NCBI GenBank assembly: GCA_951406725.2
Contig: OX597835.1
Coordinates: 44,268,001 to 44,332,000, forward strand
Direction: 5' to 3'
From: Octopus vulgaris
Taxonomy: Eukaryota
Length of the DNA: 64,000 nt
The notes under the pieces were generated by a model. The model searched no databases, was not told where the DNA came from, and was given only the letters and a program-made list of their open reading frames with translations. Both the position numbers and the translations under genes were made by a program. Below are positions 58,983-64,000 of this stretch, one piece after another; within the stretch, counting starts at the first letter, position 1, and the number at the start of each line of letters is the position of its first letter.

Positions 58983-59493
58983 TTCCCGTTCATCCTTTCG
59001 GGGACAATGAAATAAGTACAAAATGAACATTGGAGTCGATGTTTCCAACTCAACACCTTATCCGAAATAGCCGGCCTTCTGCCAAAATATTGATCTCATA
59101 GAATTGGCTTATTCATTAAAACACCTTAAAATGCCTTATCACACCGAATAACATACAACGCCATTTCATTCTTATTAGAAATTGTCATTTCATAATTAAT
59201 ATTTCGTTTATAAATTCTAATTCCATAATTTCTAATTTTGAAACAAGTAAAATTCAAATTTTATGATTTTGTAACAAATGCTATCGAAGAAAACAATAGT
59301 GAAATAATCCAGTTATTTTTTCAGATGCAAGAAGTCTAATGTCGTAAGAAGATGAAGGTACGTTAAAAAGTGAGTTCAAATCCTGCAGAGGCCAACTTCT
59401 CCTTTCTTACTTCAGGAATCGCCGTCGACGTCGTCATCGTCATCATCCTCATTATCATCGTCATTGTCATCATCATCATCACCAGTAGCAGCC

Positions 59494-59526
<33 letters not shown>

Positions 59527-60307
59527 GCAGCACCATTACCAACACTACCAACAACATCACCACCATCATCATCATCATCATCATCACTATTGGTACCAGT
59601 ACCATCCAACCACCATCATCATAATCGTCATCATCATCATCATTACTACAACTACGACCAACATTCAACCACCACCACCACCACCACCACCACCACCACC
59701 ACCACCACCACCACCACCACCACCACCACTAACACCTCCAACATCATCTTCATCATCATCATCATCATCAAATACTTGGGCGATTTAATCGATTCGCCCC
59801 GCTTTGTCTCAAAATTTCACAACTCACAAAATTCGATTTGCGGAGAAACTTAGCTGTTGTTTCTGATACAAACTCAGGAAAGATATTCTTCACATTCAAC
59901 ACATTGTGTTCCAAACCTTCAGAACGTTCGCCGGAATCAAATCTCTCCCACTCTCTTCTCTTCTCTTGTGGCAAGACAATATTTTCAGGTTTATTTTCTC
60001 ACAGCAAATATAAACAAAACAATAAAAAGCAAACACATTATTTATTTCGACAAAACAAAACCCCTGGAGATGCTTAAAAAAATAGTTTTTATTTACAATT
60101 CTCTTGAATTAAAATTGAATTTAAAAAATCTTTCTTTCTTTTATTTTAAAATAGTTGAAAATTATAACTTTGTTACACTAAAGCAAATGTTTTTCATTCA
60201 GTGGGTAAATATGTGTGTTGGGGGTGTTCATCGCTCTCTTTCTTTCTCGCTCTCTCTCTTTCTATTTCTCTCTCACTCTGTCTGTTTGACTCTCTCTCTC
60301 TCTCTCT

Positions 60308-60398
<91 letters not shown>

Positions 60399-60563
60399 GA
60401 CATATACGTATTTATATATATGAAAGCATGTATATCTGCATAAAAACATACATACACACACAGGTATATATATATATATTAAATATATATATATATACAC
60501 ATATATATATACTGAATATATATATATAAATATATATACACATACATATATACATATATACGT

Positions 60564-60596
<33 letters not shown>

Positions 60597-61594
60597 CGCA
60601 CACACACACCTATATATAAATATATATTATAAATATATATTAAATATATGTGGCTATGCGTTTACTCATTTTCTTTTCTTTCTCTGTTGCTACTTCTCTG
60701 CCTGTCTCTCTTCCATCTCTCTCTGTGTATATATACATATACACACATTTATATATATGTAAGTGTATATATATATATATATACAGATACAAACATGAAT
60801 ACTTGTAAATATAAACATACATATATCTATATGTAAATACCAGTACATACACACGCACATATATATGTGTACGTGTGTATGTATGTGCGCGTGACTGTGT
60901 ATAGGTGTGTGTGTGAGTGTGTGTATACTCACCATGCAAACATATCAATGCATATGTGTGTGTGTGTGTTTCCTGTGTGTATGCGAGCATGTATCGTTTT
61001 GGCTGTGGGTAAGTTTCTGATCGGCACAACACAGAAACCATCCTAGAAGTGAAATAAAGATTCTTCGTATTAATATCTTTCTATATTAACTTTTCGTTCT
61101 TTTAGAAAAGAATGTGAAGTTACTTGCTACGAATAACATGTAAAGAAACGTACCCGATATGAAAGTCTGAATTACGATGTATTGTCGCTAACAGATTATA
61201 TCGCGAAACAAAATTCGCTAAACTAGTATAAGAATAAGATTATTTGGGATTTGTAATAAGCTACTCTCTATAAGATACACACACACACACACACACACAC
61301 ATACACACACATATATAAATATATATATACATATAAATATACATATAAATATATATATATATACATATATGTATAAATAAATATATATATATATGTATAT
61401 ACATATGTGTATATATATGTGTAGATATATATGTGTGTGTGTGTGTATTGTTTTAATGCGTTATTAATTAACACACTCACCGGTTCGATTTCCACTCATT
61501 TACTTCATTTTATTTAAAATTTTCGTTGCTTCTGGCAACGTCTACAATGTCGTTGACTCTGTCTGTTATACATAAGCCGTTGACTCTTATGTAC

Positions 61595-61809
61595 CTGAGA
61601 AGTGGTGAAATGTTCCCAGATTTAAAGCTATCGCGAAAGACCTGGCTGGAGGACCAATCGTCCGAGTTCTTTTACAGGGCTTTGAAAACTGAAGGACCGC
61701 TGCAATAAGTGTGTGGATGTGAGAAAGAAAATGTGGATGAAATCATAAATTACTGATTCTCCAGTAATATCTGTTACACACAGCCAGGAACGTTTTAGCG
61801 CCCCTCTTA
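61595..61809 (+). mobile_element. mariner transposon 3' remnant
   Basis: WLEDQSSEFFYR...DRCNKCVDVR resembles a mariner C-terminus (WxxxQxxxFY...RWxKCV). It is followed by the TIR-like gccaggaacgttttagcgcccctctTA. Confidence 0.65.
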
Positions 61810-61882
61810 CATATACAAACACACACACACACACTCACACAAACACACACACAAAACACACACACAAATATAATCGTATTTA

Positions 61883-62022
61883 TCATCATCATCGTTTAAC
61901 AACCGCTTTTCATGCTGGTATGGGTTGGATGGTTTAACACAGTGCTGGCTAGCAAAGTTGTCCTGACTCTGATTGTCTGTTTGTGGTAAGGTTTCTACGG
62001 CTGGATACCCTTCCTAACGCCA
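61883..62022 (-). mobile_element. 3' end of a retroposon with a (GAT)n tail (RTE-type terminus)
   Basis: catcatcatcgtttaac...ttttcatgctggtatgggttggatgg...tttctacggctggatacccttcctaacgcca. The family assignment rests on terminal pattern only. Confidence 0.45.
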
Positions 62023-62329
62023 GTGCAGTTATATTCATGTGAACACACACACACACACACACACACACACTGATTCTTTATTTTGGCAATCACACCACAT
62101 ATTTATATAAATCACATCGCTTGAAAACCGTTGCTGGTATGTTTACGTCTCCATTACTTAATGATTCGGCCTTAAAAAACCCCCTAAAATAAGTACTTGG
62201 CTCTCAAAGAATAAGTCCTGGGGTCGATTTGCTTGACAGAGGCGGTGCTCCAGTACCGTTGTCGTCGTCTTCGTCGCAGTCAAATGACTGAAACAAGTAA
62301 AAGAATAAAAGAATTAAGAATATAAGAAT

Positions 62330-62494
62330 GGCGCAGGAGTGCTGTGGGGTAAGTAGCTTGTTTACCAACCACATGGTTCCGGGTTCAGTCCCACTGCGTG
62401 GCACCTTGGGCAAGTATCTTCTACTATAGCCTCGGGCTGATCCAAAGCCTTGTGAGTGGATTTAGTAGACGGAAACTGAAAGAAGCCTGTCGTA

Positions 62495-62546
<52 letters not shown>

Positions 62547-62758
62547 TGTCTGTGTCTGTGTTTGTCCCCCTAGCATTGCTTGACAACCGATGCTGGTGTG
62601 TTTATGTCCCCGTTACTTAGCGGTTCGGCAAAACAGACCGATAGAATAAGTACTGGGCTTACAAAAGAATAAGACGCGGGGTCGAGTTGCTCGATTAAAG
62701 GCGGTGTTCCAGCATGGCCTCAGTCAAATGACTGAAACAAGTAAAAGAGTAAAAAGAG
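62330..62758 (+). mobile_element. SINE family B, full length (tRNA head, CORE-like domain, internal (TA)n, (gtaaaaga)n tail)
   Basis: ggcgcaggagt...ggttccgggttcagtcccactgcgtggcaccttgggcaagt. Preceded by a second tail-only copy at about 62118-62312. Confidence 0.9.
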
Positions 62759-63118
62759 AGTATATAGCATTAAACGTGGTGTACGCGTGTTCGCGTGTCG
62801 CGTGTGCGTGTCTGTGTGTGTGTGCGGGCGGGGTGGGGGATATGTAGGCGTTTACATCTGTGTCTGGTGGTGGGGATGTTATGTGAAACATTAAAAAGAG
62901 CGAGCACGTGTGGAATTCTGTGAGATTTGTTGATTTAGACAATCCTCGAAATTCAATGTTTCTACAAAACGTGTGGATTGCTAAAGGAATTACACACGAA
63001 CAGCGCGAGAATAAACGAACACACACAGACCGAATATAAGAATAAACGAACAAAGGAATAGACGAACACAACAGATAAACTACACACACACACACACACA
63101 CACAACACAAACACACAA

Positions 63119-63161
<43 letters not shown>

Positions 63162-63230
63162 ATACAAACACACACGCACACACGTGTATGTATATGGAGA
63201 TACGTGTGTGTGCAGGTAAATATGTGTAAG

Positions 63231-63410
<180 letters not shown>

Positions 63411-63425
63411 ATATATATATATATA

Positions 63426-63504
<79 letters not shown>

Positions 63505-63518
63505 ATGTATGTGTGTAC

Positions 63519-63553
<35 letters not shown>

Positions 63554-64000
63554 TGTTTGTACATATATATATATGCATATACATATGTATATATATATGT
63601 ATATATGCATATACATATGTATATATGTATGTATATATGCATATATATATGTATATATGTATGTATATATACCCAGACACACACACACACACACATGGCA
63701 TGTTTCCCATTCATTCAACACAATACACATTCTTTTTATCACTTTTCCTGTTTCTCTTTTTCTCCTTCACTTTATTGTTCCTCCCTCTCCTGTTTCTCTC
63801 CCTCTCTCTTCACCTCCTTCACCTCTGCTCTCTCTCCCACTCCCTCTCTTTGCGTGTCTGTCTTTCCAATACGGTTTTATCTTCAATCAATCCATGTCTG
63901 GTTTCATCATCATTCTTATCGTGGTTGATATCATTGTTGCCGAAGTCGCTTTCGCCATCATCATCATCGTCATCATCATCGTCATCATCATCGTCATCAT

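Overview
This is an AT-rich eukaryotic non-coding window, about 64 kb of intronic or intergenic DNA, saturated with microsatellites ((TA)n, (CA)n, (TATC)n, (TATG)n, (TAA)n, (ATC)n, (CTA)n). Its repeat landscape strongly resembles an octopus (coleoid cephalopod) genome; that assignment is an inference. Almost all ORFs in the track are microsatellite artefacts, and no intact host gene can be supported, only a few weak candidate exons. Supported mobile elements are: a full-length but dead Tc1-like transposon with DD36E spacing (7799-9056); many decayed R4/Dong-type REL-endonuclease LINE pieces, several embedded in (TAA)n; Penelope-like remnants; an RTE LINE 3' end; a mariner 3' end; and several tRNA-derived SINE families with shuffled modules. 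Four distinct inverted-repeat MITEs are also present, plus a weaker piggyBac-like pair. The most interesting signals are (1) minimal type-I hammerhead-ribozyme-like motifs with non-canonical cores in short (TA)n-associated Penelope-like repeats, (2) a young 815-bp fold-back element with an 8-bp TSD and internal telomeric repeats, and (3) a 9-bp-TSD MITE whose TIRs carry octamer plus CCAAT promoter motifs. All alignments and folds were done by eye.
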